DNA from: Epiperipatus broadwayi
Lineage: Eukaryota > Animalia > Onychophora
DNA length: 64,000 nucleotides
NCBI GenBank assembly: GCA_028023455.1
Contig: JAQFVV010000001.1
Span: 1,798,001-1,862,000, forward strand
Direction of reading: 5' to 3'
The notes below the pieces were generated by a model, which worked only from the letters and a program-made list of their open reading frames with translations, searched no databases and was not told where the DNA came from. Shown here piece after piece: positions 26,230 through 39,379 of this stretch. How positions within the stretch are numbered: the first letter of the stretch is position 1; each line of letters starts with the position of its first letter. The translations under genes and the position numbers were made by a program.

Positions 26230-27650
26230 TTCCTAAGCATCATTCGGTTGATATATATGCCAAAGAGTTGTGACTTTCTTTTTATAACTTTTTTCCATCA
26301 AATTTCTTTCTGATTTAATTTTTTTTTGTATAATTTTTCATTGGAAACTTTTTTATAATATATTTTTTTTAATATCAGGCATTTGTTATTGGATCTCCAT
26401 GCATTATTATTTTTGTTTTAACTATATGTATAATCCAAATCTTTTTGCTTATTTTTCTAAAGTCTCTGATGTGATTTCAGTGTTTCATCATTCTCTTCAA
26501 TGGTTACTATGCCATTTGAATATTTTAAATTATTCATTTTCATTTCATGCTCTGATTTATATTTTTTTCATTTTTCTTTTGTCTTATATTTTTAATAAGA
26601 ATAGACTCAACTTTTGCATTTTCCATTCAAACCAACTTTCAATTTTTGTACATAATTTTATGGTTGCTTTTGAATTATCAGAGATATTTTTAAGAAGATT
26701 TATGTTATATTTAATCAACATGATCCAAGTGACTTTCAAATCATGTTTTGATCAGTGCTGGGTCATTTCAAAATCTACAAAAACATAGATATATTCTTTT
26801 GTTTATTAACTTTATAATGATGGATGTCCTCTATCTTATTTTTTCTAAAATTTAATTTTTTTATTTGCCATATGTTTTATCAAAATCTTTTAATTTTTTT
26901 TTTAAAGATGCTTATTAATTGTTCTTAATTTTCACATTCTATTTTGCTTTCACTTTTGATACTATACCTTTTTTCTATGACTTATCATGTAACTTGTAAA
27001 TTTCTTGGTAGTTCTCATCTTCATTGTATTTGATCATTTCTCCAATTATTTTCTCATTTCCAATATTGCTATTATCCAATTTACTCAGACTCTTTTTTTT
27101 TAAAATTTATTAGTTTCTCATTTTTATAAGTTTTTTATTTATTTATCAAAGTTTGCTTTTATAGTTTTAAAATTTTATTTACATTTATGAGAGTTTTCCA
27201 TGATTATCTTCTACTTAGTTCTTTTTTTGCTGCCATTTTTTTTAAAGCTTTTTTCTTTTCTGACTAACTTCTTTACCTCATTATATTTTCCCTTATATTA
27301 GTATTCAGCAATTGAATTATTTCTTTTTCTTTTTAACATCTATTTTTTCCTCTATTAGTTTCAGTTTTTCTTATTCGATTCTTTTTTTTTTTATATGACT
27401 ATTAACAGATTCCAAAAATTCATACTGTCATTTTGACTTTTGAATCTAATTTTTTTTCTTTATCTATTTTTTTTTTTAATATATATTTTTTTTTTTTAGC
27501 ACTGACTGAAATTTTTTCATTGTTTCTATCTCTGTTATCTTAAACAGTTAGCTTTCACTTGATATTTGCTATCACTAAGCTATTATCTGAATTTATGTCC
27601 AATTAGAATAGTTGTCTATCAATTATTTGTTTTGTGTCCATTTTTCTGTA
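26230..27650 (-). mobile_element. Decayed RTE-like LINE (endonuclease C-terminus through RT)
   Basis: Minus strand SDNSLVIANIK*KL (about 27590-27550; compare the APE SDH motif) and IYLCF(V)DFE with a frameshift (about 26795-26765). The plus strand is T-rich, as expected opposite an A-rich coding strand. Confidence 0.5.
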
Positions 27651-27746
27651 ATCTTTCTAGTGGAGTATAAGAGTTGATTAGAAAATGTTGCTAGTATTAA
27701 TTCTTTTAAATGCTGATGAAATTTACAAAAGCTTTTTCAGTTAGAG

Positions 27747-28500
27747 CATAGGTTCCCAAACTTTTTCAAGCCCCCACCCCTTTGCAAAACATAAATTTTG
27801 TAACGTCCCTCCCCTAAGGATAACAGTTTTCTGTGTTCAATGTTTGATATTTTTTATGTAAATAGCAACAAATGATACTGTACTGGATGATGCCTATCCC
27901 ATAATTCATACGATGCACACAAGATATAATATATCAATGGCACACATCGGAATAAGGCATCAACATAAACTCAATATCAATAACAAGAAGAAAAAAAAAA
28001 AAAATTTAAAGTTATTAAATTTAAGTTTAAATGAGTGAAATCAAATCAAAATCGATTATATTTCCTGATTTCTTCCTATCCAAAACTCTAATACCATGCT
28101 AATTGGTACCATGAAGTTTTAGGTGGGTATATCTTTGAAAGGCTGAATCTAAACCTCACTTTTATATGTCACTTTCAAGAAGAAAAAAACACTTTCAAAA
28201 AGGAAATACCACTGCTAACAAAACAACAACAAAAACAAATCAGCATGTCAATAAATTTTCAATAATCACATACAGAGATTGCAAAAATAATAATAATAAT
28301 TTCACGCAAAGTAAGTTTCTCATTTCTCAAATAGAACAGTGTGTTAGAAGTAAACAACACACAAATATGTTTATATTGAAACAGTAAGATTTGCTTTGCA
28401 GTCTTCGTTTCACCTTTTCTCACTTCTTACCTATCTTCATACATTAGTTTAAAACCTAACCTATCGTAGTGTGTGTGTGTACTGCACTCGTGCTGAAATC
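27747..28500 (-). mobile_element. hAT (Charlie-like) transposon right end with a transposase C-terminal relic
   Basis: TIR-like CATAGGTTCCCAAACTTTTT at 27747 (compare CAGTGGTTCCCAAAC), flanked by ttagag. Minus-strand RFSLSKIYP (about 28160-28125) resembles hAT C-terminal segments. The other TIR was not found, so the right boundary is uncertain. Confidence 0.55.
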
Positions 28501-29149
28501 TGAGCTTAATTAGTTAATAATATGGTAGATGAATGGTCAGCTAGTAGTTCAATAATTTAAGGTAATTTTAATATAACTGTTTATAAGTTAGGAAGTATGT
28601 ACACATATATACTTATTTATAGTAGGATTTGGGTCATGTCTGTTGTATTCACACACATATTGCAATATTATGTTTGAAGGGCTAAAATTAACAAAATGTT
28701 GTTTACTTAAGTTTTAGATTATTTAAATCTATTAGTTGGGAAATACCAAATTCTTCATCTTTAGGTTTTCAACATAATTTAGAATAATATTAAACTAATA
28801 AATAATCTAAATCTTTAAAACTTTCAAATTTGAACTTAAATCATTTTGTTATTTATATTTTAGAAATCACCCATAATTTTGTATATAAAATTAAATGAGG
28901 ATTGGGAAGAAAACAATAATGCTTAATTAATTCTATTTCTGTAAATGCTTTAGTGGCTTAAATAATTGGCTATTTAGATAAAAAAAACAACAGATATTCA
29001 TTTTTTTTAAAATTAATTAATAAAAGTTTTAAAACAAAATTAAGCTTTTAATCTGAGTATCTTAAAGGTAGATAACAATAGCGAGTTTACTTATATTACC
29101 CTATTGTATTCTTTTGGATATTCAGATAGTTAAAAGCATTAATTGATAG

Positions 29150-32100
29150 GAGTAATGGATTTTTGTGCCGCAGGTCAGTTCTATTGTGAGCTCCTTTGAT
29201 ATATATAGAGCTAAAATTATTAATCGAGGCTCTCTTTTGCTTTTGGCTTTTTTGGTCTCTGTTTTTGACTCCTCTTAATCTACTTGGTTGCCATATTTTA
29301 AAAGAGTTTAGAGGAGAGTTAAAACAGTAACTGATTACATTTTGTAACAGTTTTTAGCTGATTATAATTTGGAGAGAGAGTTGAATATATAGAGAGAAGC
29401 TAATATCAGGGAGAATTGTTAATTTTGTTCAAAAAATTGTAAAATCCTAGTCTGTGAAGAGAAGTTAGAATGTCTGAGTAGAAGGTCTGAGTAGAAGCTG
29501 GCAGGAAGGCTATCTTTCTTCTTAGGAATGGCCATCCTGTGGCCCTTACACCATCTGATGTCCTTTCCATAAGAAGACCCGATATGAACTACTGCTGCTA
29601 AATCATTTCTAAAAGATTTGCTGCCAAACTCGGAAGAATGCTGCTGCCGTCCATCATAATGCAAAATACCAGGATAAATGAAACTGAAATGCCCAATGGA
29701 ATGGACTCTCACCAATCAATCGGAGTCAACAGAAGGCCTAGTGCACACTAACTCTCCAGCAGACCGTATGAGGTAACCCTTTAACCCAAGAGCTCTTGTG
29801 TAATCTGTATATTCCCTCATAAGCTATAGCTATACTCAATTATTTCTGTAATCTTAAATTAAGTTTTCAGTTTATATTCCTATTCTATAACAAATCTAAT
29901 TTGTAAACTGTTATACTTTTCAACTTTATTTGGGTTAATATTTAAATTTATTAACTTAGTTTTTTCCATTATGATGATGTGCCTGAGTAATCATCGACCG
30001 AGAGAATCACCCCCCCCCTTTTCTTCTTTCCTGAATAAGCCACCATATTAATGCAGTTTAATTGTAGAACTTGCCTTTCTATTTAAATGTATTGTTTGCT
30101 CGCTCACTCGAGGGTTCTTTTATTAAATATATATTTTTTTAGAGTGAAATAAACACTCATATGATATAGTGCGAGGGTATGTACGAGTTTAGTAGTTACT
30201 ATTATATAAATGCCTGTTTGTCTAGTTATCTAATGAAGCCCTGAATCATGCATTTCTCCACCATGCTTTTGTCATTCCATATATGTTTTAAATTTATTTA
30301 TAGTTAATAGTTCTTTAGTGAAATTGAGAATATGCAGACCATATAAATATAACTCTTTAGGAATGAATTAAGCATTTACGTTCAATTAAAATACAGCCCC
30401 CTTTTTTATGTCACTTTTTGCAGGTTGCCGGTGTCAATGCACTGGTTGTTGAGACTTTTGGCGTTGTTCGTTTATTCAAGATATCAAAACGGCAGAGACC
30501 GTTTGTCCCTCGGCTCCCAGAACAATACGAGTTAGAAATCTCATCTGCGATTCATCTGACAGTCACCCAGTCATAAAGTTACATGGTTGAAGGCCTGGCT
30601 CAGGCTGATATAAGGTGATGCAATTATCTTCGGACAAATGCAAGACATCATCCTGTATATTTTGTTTTTCTGTATTTTTTTTTACAAAGCCATGCTTTTA
30701 ACGCACTGCACTCCATCTTCTGCATTTAATTTTCACCAACACCAATTTCTCTTAACTTTAATATTCATATCATTCCCTTAAGCAAGTACATTTTAATCCA
30801 TTTCTCTCTAATATAGGTCAATGAGCCTTCGTCTTTGATGTCAATATTGTATTCTTTTAAGAATAATAAAATAGTACTAAATTTATTAAATATAGATGTA
30901 GTATATTTACTATACCCATGTCGCATATCCTCGCAATGTATTGTTCTTAAACTAACCATGCTGTGCAGGCACTTAACCATAATGTTTTATATTTAATCCA
31001 AGAAATAGAGAAATGCTAATGTACATATCATGTTAAGTATTCGCCTGTCAGTCTGGCTACACAGACAGTGCCAATGTCTATTATTAACTAATAAATACTC
31101 TTGAAATTTTATTAACTTATTTTGATTTTATTTATTGATTTATCTATGATTCATACCTTGGCCTAGATTACATGCTACACTTACCATGTGTTTTGAACCC
31201 TCAGTGTTATCTTTCATACCATCTATAGATCTAGTTAGCAAACCTAAGGATATACCTTTAATATAGAATCTCTTGCTTCTCCCTGACCACCGGCACCGGC
31301 AAGAAACTGCTATCAGTAGCATCAGATGCGTTGTCACATAGGTGGTGCTGTGGAACATAGACTTTGGATTCAAACTCGAGGATTTCTGGGAAGCAACCCC
31401 TCCTAGATTGTTGAGTTTCATGGCTGGGGTTTGAATTCTGCAGTGTGTTAGCAAAATAGACGAATCTGACTGTAATATATATCTATGCCTCGGCATACAC
31501 ACAAGCATTCCAGAAATTAATTTGGTAGCACTGTTTTAAAGTAGGAAAATCAAATAATAATTTATAGAGAAACAAAAAAAAAATACAAATAATAAAAAAA
31601 AATTTATAGCAACAAGAGAGAATGATAATAAATAAAAATTAAAAAAAATTATACCATCCAACTTCCTACTGGTTTCTTTCCATTCACTATCTCTGGACTT
31701 AGTAAGTGTGTTATAAACCATGACAACAAGGCAATGAGGATTTCTCTTCTTCTTAGCAAAACATAGGCATTAAGGTGGTTCATCAACATCAACTAGTATC
31801 TGTGGCTACATGACAGCAGCATAGGTGTCTGGCTGGTGCACTAACATTGGCAGTTTACTTCATTAGCATTTTAATGATAAAATTTAGGTATTTTTATATT
31901 TCTCAGCTTTCTCTAGAAATCTTTATAATAATAACAGCAACCAACCAAGAGTCAATCACGCAATTCTGGACAGACTATTATAATTTGAAGCTAGGCTCAG
32001 TTCTGCCTTCTTTCATTAAGTTCTCCACTGCTTTACAACTAGAATATTTCTTTTAGTTCAGCAAACCCTTAACCGCCCAGCAAACAAAACATAGCAAGGA

Positions 32101-32480
32101 AAACAATAAACTCAGAGATCCCTCCCCATCAACTGCTGAAAATCTTTTATAGCACACCTATAGCAATACAAATTGAATATCCCTCTTTCACTATTTCAGC
32201 TGTATATCTCCAATTTCTTGGATAATTGATCATAATACAATTGATATAGCTTTTTACATCTTTTTATCTTTCGCTTCTTTCATTTTCCATGATTGGTGTG
32301 CACAGAGAAAAGGCTAGACTACTTGAACACCATTCAGATGCTTTTGAACTCACTATCACCCACCTAGAAATCTTCACTGCCCACTGGGGAATGGTACCAC
32401 CCACTTTGGTAGAGCATAGCAGTACAACTTTTAATTTCTGCCAAAAATGTAAATGTTGTAGAATTCTTTTGTGTTAGTAT
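29150..32480. other. Unclassified block of higher GC and CpG content, probably mixed TE fragments
   Basis: Visibly higher GC and CpG than the flanks (especially 29480-29790, 30420-30650 and 31270-31500). A weak CR1/L2-APE-like VCYKR on the minus strand near 32150. No diagnostic motif. Confidence 0.35.
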
Positions 32481-33829
32481 TCCCACCTAAGCATTTTCTT
32501 TTATAGATTAGAATAATTAAATTATTTTGCATTGTCTGGAAATTAAGTATTGTTTTAAATAAAAGTTTCATTTTTTAATACATGTATATAACAATTTAAA
32601 ATCCAAAAAGATTAGAAATAACAATTTTCTATTATAAAATCTTTCATTGTTTTTTATTTTTCAATTTTCATAATTTGTCTTTTAATTAAATTTTTTTTTC
32701 AACTTATTTTCAAAAACAATTTTATTTTCAATAAAAAATAATACATTTTTGAAAACATTTAATAATTGATTAGTTAAATGCTTGTATTTTTTTTTTTTTT
32801 TTTAGGTGCAAGTTTTAAAAATGTCTTTGATCTTTATTTATCTTTTACTTGATTATATGCTTTTATAAGCAATAATCATTTATATCTTCATTCTAATGTG
32901 CAATATTATTATTAGCATATAACAGAAAAGTTGATTTAATGTTAAAATAATTATTTGTTATTAAATATTATCTCATAATTAGTGGAAAAAAATTATCATA
33001 TCTGTTTAATGAAAATATATGTAGTCGATATGTTTCATCCTTTTTTAGGTTTATTTAATCTTAAGACAGAAGTTGCTTAAAAGTAAACCAAAGTTTATTA
33101 CAATTATTCATTCCCAGATACTTATAAATGAATATAGCTATCCCTACTCCAGGAAAAAAAAAAAACTAAAGCAAGACTAAAAAATAAAAAGTAAAAATGA
33201 AAGTATGACCAGAAATCACTTGTTTGTGATTTTAACTTTTTTTGACATTTTGCAAGATTATCTTTTAACACCTTCTGAAGCAAATCTTTTTTTCTGAAAA
33301 AATTATAGGTCTTCATCATTATTGTAGTTTTTGCATCTTATGAAATCAGTATTTGTCTTTGTGAGAGTATCATTGATATAATGTTTATTATAATGCACTC
33401 AAGTTTATGTAAAGTATTTATTTTTCAGGAAATATATTACTTTTATGCTTTTTTGCATGCTCAATCCAAAGAAGATGTGCCTTACAATTTCGAATTCAAT
33501 AACATCATATCTAGAAGCAGAAGAATATAATTTTGTCATTATATTTTCAGTATATTACAAATCATCATGAAATAAAATTTTACTAATATCTTTATACAAT
33601 ATTAACATTAGGCCCATGTTTCATTTCCATTCAGTAAATTTTATAGAATAAGCTCTATTCACAATAAATATAGGCTATTTAAAAAGTTACCAAAATATTT
33701 AAATTGTTTCACAGTTTCAAGGTAATAACCATTCAATTTAAATGGTGCTGAAGATTTTTTTTCGCCTTTTATGAACTGATAAAGCTTTTTGATATTAAAA
33801 AAGCTTGTATATGTTGCATTGAAAACATG

Positions 33830-34110
33830 AAGATTAATCTATAATTCTTTGAATTGGCAAGAATAGCACAATCATTGGCATGCTAGAATTTATTAAGCCA
33901 AGAATGTAAAGCTAAGCTTTTAGTTTTGCATTTACTTGATATAAAATAAACATTACCACTAAACCTATATCACATCTTTATGCTTATTTCATGAAACTTC
34001 TTATGAACTGTTCTAAAAATCTCCTATAAAATTAGAAAACAGTTTGAGATAAGACCAGCTTTCATTTTCAAATAATTCAAATTTTCCATTACCAATAATA
34101 AAACCATATC
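33830..34110 (-). mobile_element. Second RTE (BovB-like) RT fragment, same family as 4930-5460
   Basis: ctttgaattggcaagaata.cacaatcat is shared with 4938-4967 (minus strand ANDCAILANSK). accagctttcattttcaaat resembles 5151-5170. Confidence 0.6.
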
Positions 34111-37100
34111 TTCTTACCATCATATAGCTACTGTGTAATATGACTGCTGCGGTAGAAGAATAAACAATGAGCCACATTATAGCTACTAAGCATTATTAGA
34201 TAAAGAATGAATAAATCATATCTAAAACATCAATTAAATGGTAATGTGAGATGGATTTTGAAATAATTGTGGTGGGAAAAAAATATTTATCTAAGTTGCA
34301 GACTTGTTTTGACAGTTATTTATAATTGAAGTATAAGAAGTTGTTTGTTTTGATTATTTTTCAAATAGATTTTACTATTTTTTAATATTGTGATCACAAA
34401 ATTTGCACAGTTTAATATGCATGAAATTATGGAGAATAAATCATTTTCCCACAGGTTACAAATAAACGATAGTCTTATGTTTAGCAAAAATCTAGCATAG
34501 AATTGATCCACCTATTGTTTGACCTTTTAATATTTATGATGTTTATATGTTTGCCTTACTAACATTAGTGGAAACTTCTTTAATATGTAATTTTTGTTTT
34601 GCCTTTTATTTCACACACACACACACATGTATTCTATATTTTATCATGTTCTAGTAATCTATTTTAAACATCTTACCTTTCTGCTAAAAAGCTTATATGT
34701 TAACATAAATTGATTTCTTGATAAATTAGTATAAATTTTTTATGTTTTATTGTAATTTTAATCTGATTAAATTATAATATTATTTCAATCTAAATAAAAA
34801 TATTTATTTTTGCTGTTGTTGTTATGATATAGTAGATACAAACTATAACCCTTTTTATAAAATAGAAAAAAAATCATCTACATAGTATGTGTATATTATC
34901 ATTATCAAAATGAGAAAGAACAAAAAACTAAAAATAAATATTGTGATGGCTGTGCAAACCAATATATTAAACCTACACCCTCAAATATAATATTTGATCC
35001 TCTTAGTCTGATTATTTGATATCTTGTAACTTCTCTCTACAATAATTTTTTTTAATGTAATAAACTTAGTTTTCTTATTGTAGCTCTGCACCGTGTTTTA
35101 TATTTGATATTGGATTTTTTTTAAAGAGAACTTTGAGTTAATTTTTATATAGTAAAATTGATTTTCCTTTATCTCAAATGCCATGTAGGAAATGGTTTTT
35201 TTTATCAAGTATTTTACTCATCTACTTTATATATTCTATTCATTAAATGTAAGTTATACCATTCTGTATTTAAAGAAAATTGTATGTGTTTTCTTAATCA
35301 ATGAAGTTGATTACTTATTCATCCAGTCTGTATTTGAAGATTGAATAACATATGAACCAGCATAACATTATATTAATTGATTTTACAATCATATTTTCAG
35401 AATACTATAATGAAATTTTCCTATCGCATTTGATAGAGGACTTACATCTCATTTTCATATAATAAATTTTGCAGAATAATAACTATATATATGTAGTTTA
35501 GTAAAATTAGTTCAATAATGAAGAAATAAATATCCATTTAATTTCTTAAATGTAACAGACATATGTTGTACTGTGTTAGCAGTTCACTTTCCAAGTTTGT
35601 TTTTCTACCTAGAAAGTTAATTGGATATTTAAATTGATATACATTTTCAAACTTATAACCATCTAGATCAAATGTTGCTGTCACTAATTGATAAAGCACC
35701 TGTGATTTTAATGTTAAGCCAAGTTGTTTTTAGATTGTGTTCAAAACATTAACATTTTTAAAGTTATTTTTGAAATAGAAAAAAAATGACATAATCATCA
35801 AATCTACAAACTATTTTTTATTTTGCTTTTAATCATTTCAACTAAAAATACTATTACTAAATCTATATTGCATTCTACTGTCTGTTTTTATGAAGTCACT
35901 TATAAATTGTTCCAAAGACCACAACCATAAACATGGAAAATAAAATTTTAATTTATTATACTTACTTGTTTAACATCTATTTTCATTTTAATTGCTTTAT
36001 ATTTTTTACTAAATAATAACACTTTTTTATACTATAATATGAGAGTTGTATAATAAAAATAAACTCATGGATATCCAGTTATTTTAAAGATTGTCACAAA
36101 CTTTCTTGTTTAATTGACTCAAATATTTTGAACTAATCGTTGTAAATGCAATGTGTAAATGATACATTACTTTATTTTTTTAAACCTGATAACAAAAATC
36201 ACATCTGTTTTGCTTATTCATTCTTCAAAATCACAATGAAAGAAGTATGTAGTTAATAAAATTCTTGAAAATGTGATAATTGCATGCCATAATAATTATG
36301 CAGTCACATCTTTTATTTGCATAAATTGTAATAGTAGATATATACTTATAATCAGTTGACTTTCTATATTGGTCCATATATTCCTTAAATACCCACTCCC
36401 TCTAATATTTTTGATGTTGACATATCACTACTATATTTTAAAACTTCTCCATATATTTCAGTTAGAATCATTGCCTTTCAGTTTTTAAGAGTACAAAGAA
36501 TTGGTTTATCAAATAAAGCTATAATATTTGTCCAAATCTAAATAAGTCATAGAATGAATATCATTAAATGAAATCTTGTATCATTAATTAAAAGATGATC
36601 AAATACTTTCTTCATCTATTCATAATAAAATTAATTTTTGATCCATTATTTATGTATACACACTATTTTGTTCTAAGCCCTTCTCACATTTAATATACAT
36701 AGTATGTAATAGCTCACATTTTATTGATAAACAATGATTAGATTAGAGTACATATTGTTTATTGAACTGCAAATGTACAATGCTTTTTAATATACAAATA
36801 TATATATATAACAAACTTTTTTATATGTATAGTAGTAATATAAATCAAGATTATAATATAAACAAATTTGTAAAAATAATATAATTATTAATAATAAAAT
36901 GAGTGGGCACATTTATATATATTTTACTGAATATGTGTTTACTTATGTATTCATTGAAGCAATAAGAATAATAAAAAAAGGCTAACTACTGTATTTTTAT
37001 TTTTAAAATGAAGTAAATACTGAAATGTCAGACTTTCATTATTATTAAAGACTCTCTGGGTTATATTCTTTTTTTTTTTCAATAACTTCTTTCTCTATTA

Positions 37101-37756
37101 TAAACATAATAGTTTTGTTATCAAAAAATTAGGTTCTCACTAATTATTTTGACATTTTTAAAAGAGTTTCAACTTTTAGTATGTTCTAAAATTTTGTAAA
37201 ACTTTTAGCATTAAGCTAAAGAAAGTATTTTATTACTCAAAATATAGTACATCCAATTCAGAAAAGATATTATAGAAAGAATAATATTTGTGGGCTTTCA
37301 ACCTCTATATTGAAGAAAATTTGCATACATATAATTGCATATGGTGCTTGGGTAAGGAAAAATGACTTGAGTGCCAAATATTGCAAAATTTGCAAATTTT
37401 AGTATTTTTTGTTTCTTTGTCTACATTTTTCTTTGGATAGCATATAATTGAAGTTATGTACTTAGATACAGAATAGTTTATGGATCCACTGTATATCATT
37501 TATCTATATCCATTGTTTGATTTTTTAAATACTAAAGTCATTTTTTATTATAATTTTTTTCACTTAAGTTGTTTAAAATAGTGGTCTTGGTGTAATATTT
37601 TTCCATTTAGATAATCCATCTTTCAAATTTGAAAAGGCATAAATATTTTTACTGTATATATACACACATATTACAGTTACTTTGCTCATTATTAAATAAT
37701 GTTACATAATTAAACTTTCATAAATTCTAATTATGAATAATAAATTGAAATATATA

Positions 37757-38626
37757 CACCTGGGTCTAATTTTACGCGATAGATAGGTTCCTCAGAAAAC
37801 ACACGCAAACTAAATCGCGCAAAAATAGACATAACTTACATTCAAAAGGGAGGGATGCTGTCTGATTTTTCAAAATTCGCGTAAAAGCAAAGCACCAATG
37901 TAAAATTACTTTAAAATTCGCGCAAAAAAAAAAAATAAGGAAATAAAATATGACTAATAAAAAATTTCAAATTTGAAAAAAATTGATACAAGACAAACTT
38001 TTTTTAACTATAATATTTAATTTTATTCAAAATAATATATTTTTATGCATAATTTACAGTACAGTAATTTACATTTTTTTATACACGTTTTAATTATTAT
38101 GATTTTCTGGTGACAACGTAATTAGTAATTAATCTTTGAGACAATGATTTTATTAATTGTTTACAAAGCTTGCGATATCCAGACATACAACCATTTAGCT
38201 CTCGTTGGAATTTAAGAGCACGTTAATGATTAGTGTCATTAATAAGAAAATAATAATTGATTACTTTCTTTTTTAAAAAGCAAAAACAGAATGTGATTTA
38301 AAATGCAAAATTAACACGCACAATGTTTGAACAAATTTACATTATAATCTTGTAAAATTTAATATGTGTATACATAAAATGTGGAAATCATGACTTTAAT
38401 TTCATTATTGCATAAAATCTTACTATTATAAAGCACTGAAAATATTGAAATTACTAAGATGAAAGTAGAATTCCAATAATATGCTATTACTTTCAATATA
38501 ATGTAAGTGCGCGGAATTTATTATTTAAAGTAATAGCGCATTATCGGAGGTCGACTTCCGGTAAAACACGAATCATGTAACTTCAAAATCGTGTTAAATA
38601 AGTCCACGTAAAAAGAGACCCAGGTG
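37757..38626. mobile_element. Non-autonomous Tc1/mariner-superfamily (pogo/Tigger-like) DNA transposon, 870 bp
   Basis: TIRs CACCTGGGTCTAATTTTACGCG and CACGTAAAAAGAGACCCAGGTG, flanked by TA (37755-37756 and 38627-38628) within TATATA. Internal repeats of aa(a)ttcgcg(t/c)aaaa. CpG retained. No ORF. Confidence 0.85.
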
Positions 38627-39218
38627 TATATACAAAATATTGTTAAAATTTTCAAAAAACATTTTTATGATTTCATTAATAATAAATTTTTTTCCATTTT
38701 TTTTTTTATATCTAGAATTTTCCTTAGAAACATGAGTTGTTGTTTTTTTTTTTGCAGAAAAGTACAATAATTAATCAAAGTTTAATTAGATTCAAAATAA
38801 AAATTATCCTACTTGCAACCATTCTTTCCTTATTTCCAGATAATGCTTTACCTTAAATTCCTCTGATTGAATGAGCTATATATATATATATACTAAACAC
38901 AATGCTTTAAATAGAAATGAATGTCACTGAGACTTTAAATAAAAATGACTATTAGAAAAAAAATATTTGTATTAAATCACAATAATTAATATTAATTCCA
39001 ATGTTTAAATATATGTAATTATTGAGATATTAAAATCATGTACCCACATCTTTTGCAAATAATAAGTGTGGAACATTTTGAATTGTAAAATTGAGTTGTG
39101 TTTTACGTATATTTCAGTGTAAAACAAAGGTTGAAGCCATAGGAAATATGTAAAAGATGAATAATAATAAATATGGCTAAACTAATATGTTTAATAATCT
39201 GCTAAGTCAACTGTAATC

Positions 39219-39379
39219 TAACTGAGAGGTAATTGGAGGATAGTGACAGTGTGTCCAATTATAAGAGATTGAAATAACTCACCTATTATACATTCAATAA
39301 TGCAAATATCCTAGCATCCCCTAGTTCAACCTTTTATAATTGGAACCACTGTTACTATCTGCCAATTATCTCTCAATTA
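39219..39379. mobile_element. MITE-like hairpin, about 50-bp arms with TA ends
   Basis: tgagaggtaattggaggatagtgacagtgtgtccaattataagag versus the reverse complement of cttttataattggaaccactgttactatctgccaattatctctca. Confidence 0.75.

Noticed and set aside
28083-28095. ctctaatacca resembling a reverse Met-tRNA primer-binding site
   Set aside because: One mismatch, no adjacent LTR or copia motifs, and it lies within the hAT relic.
33427-33570. Possible plus-strand exon after ttttcag
   Set aside because: The open frames give no recognisable protein and no good donor.
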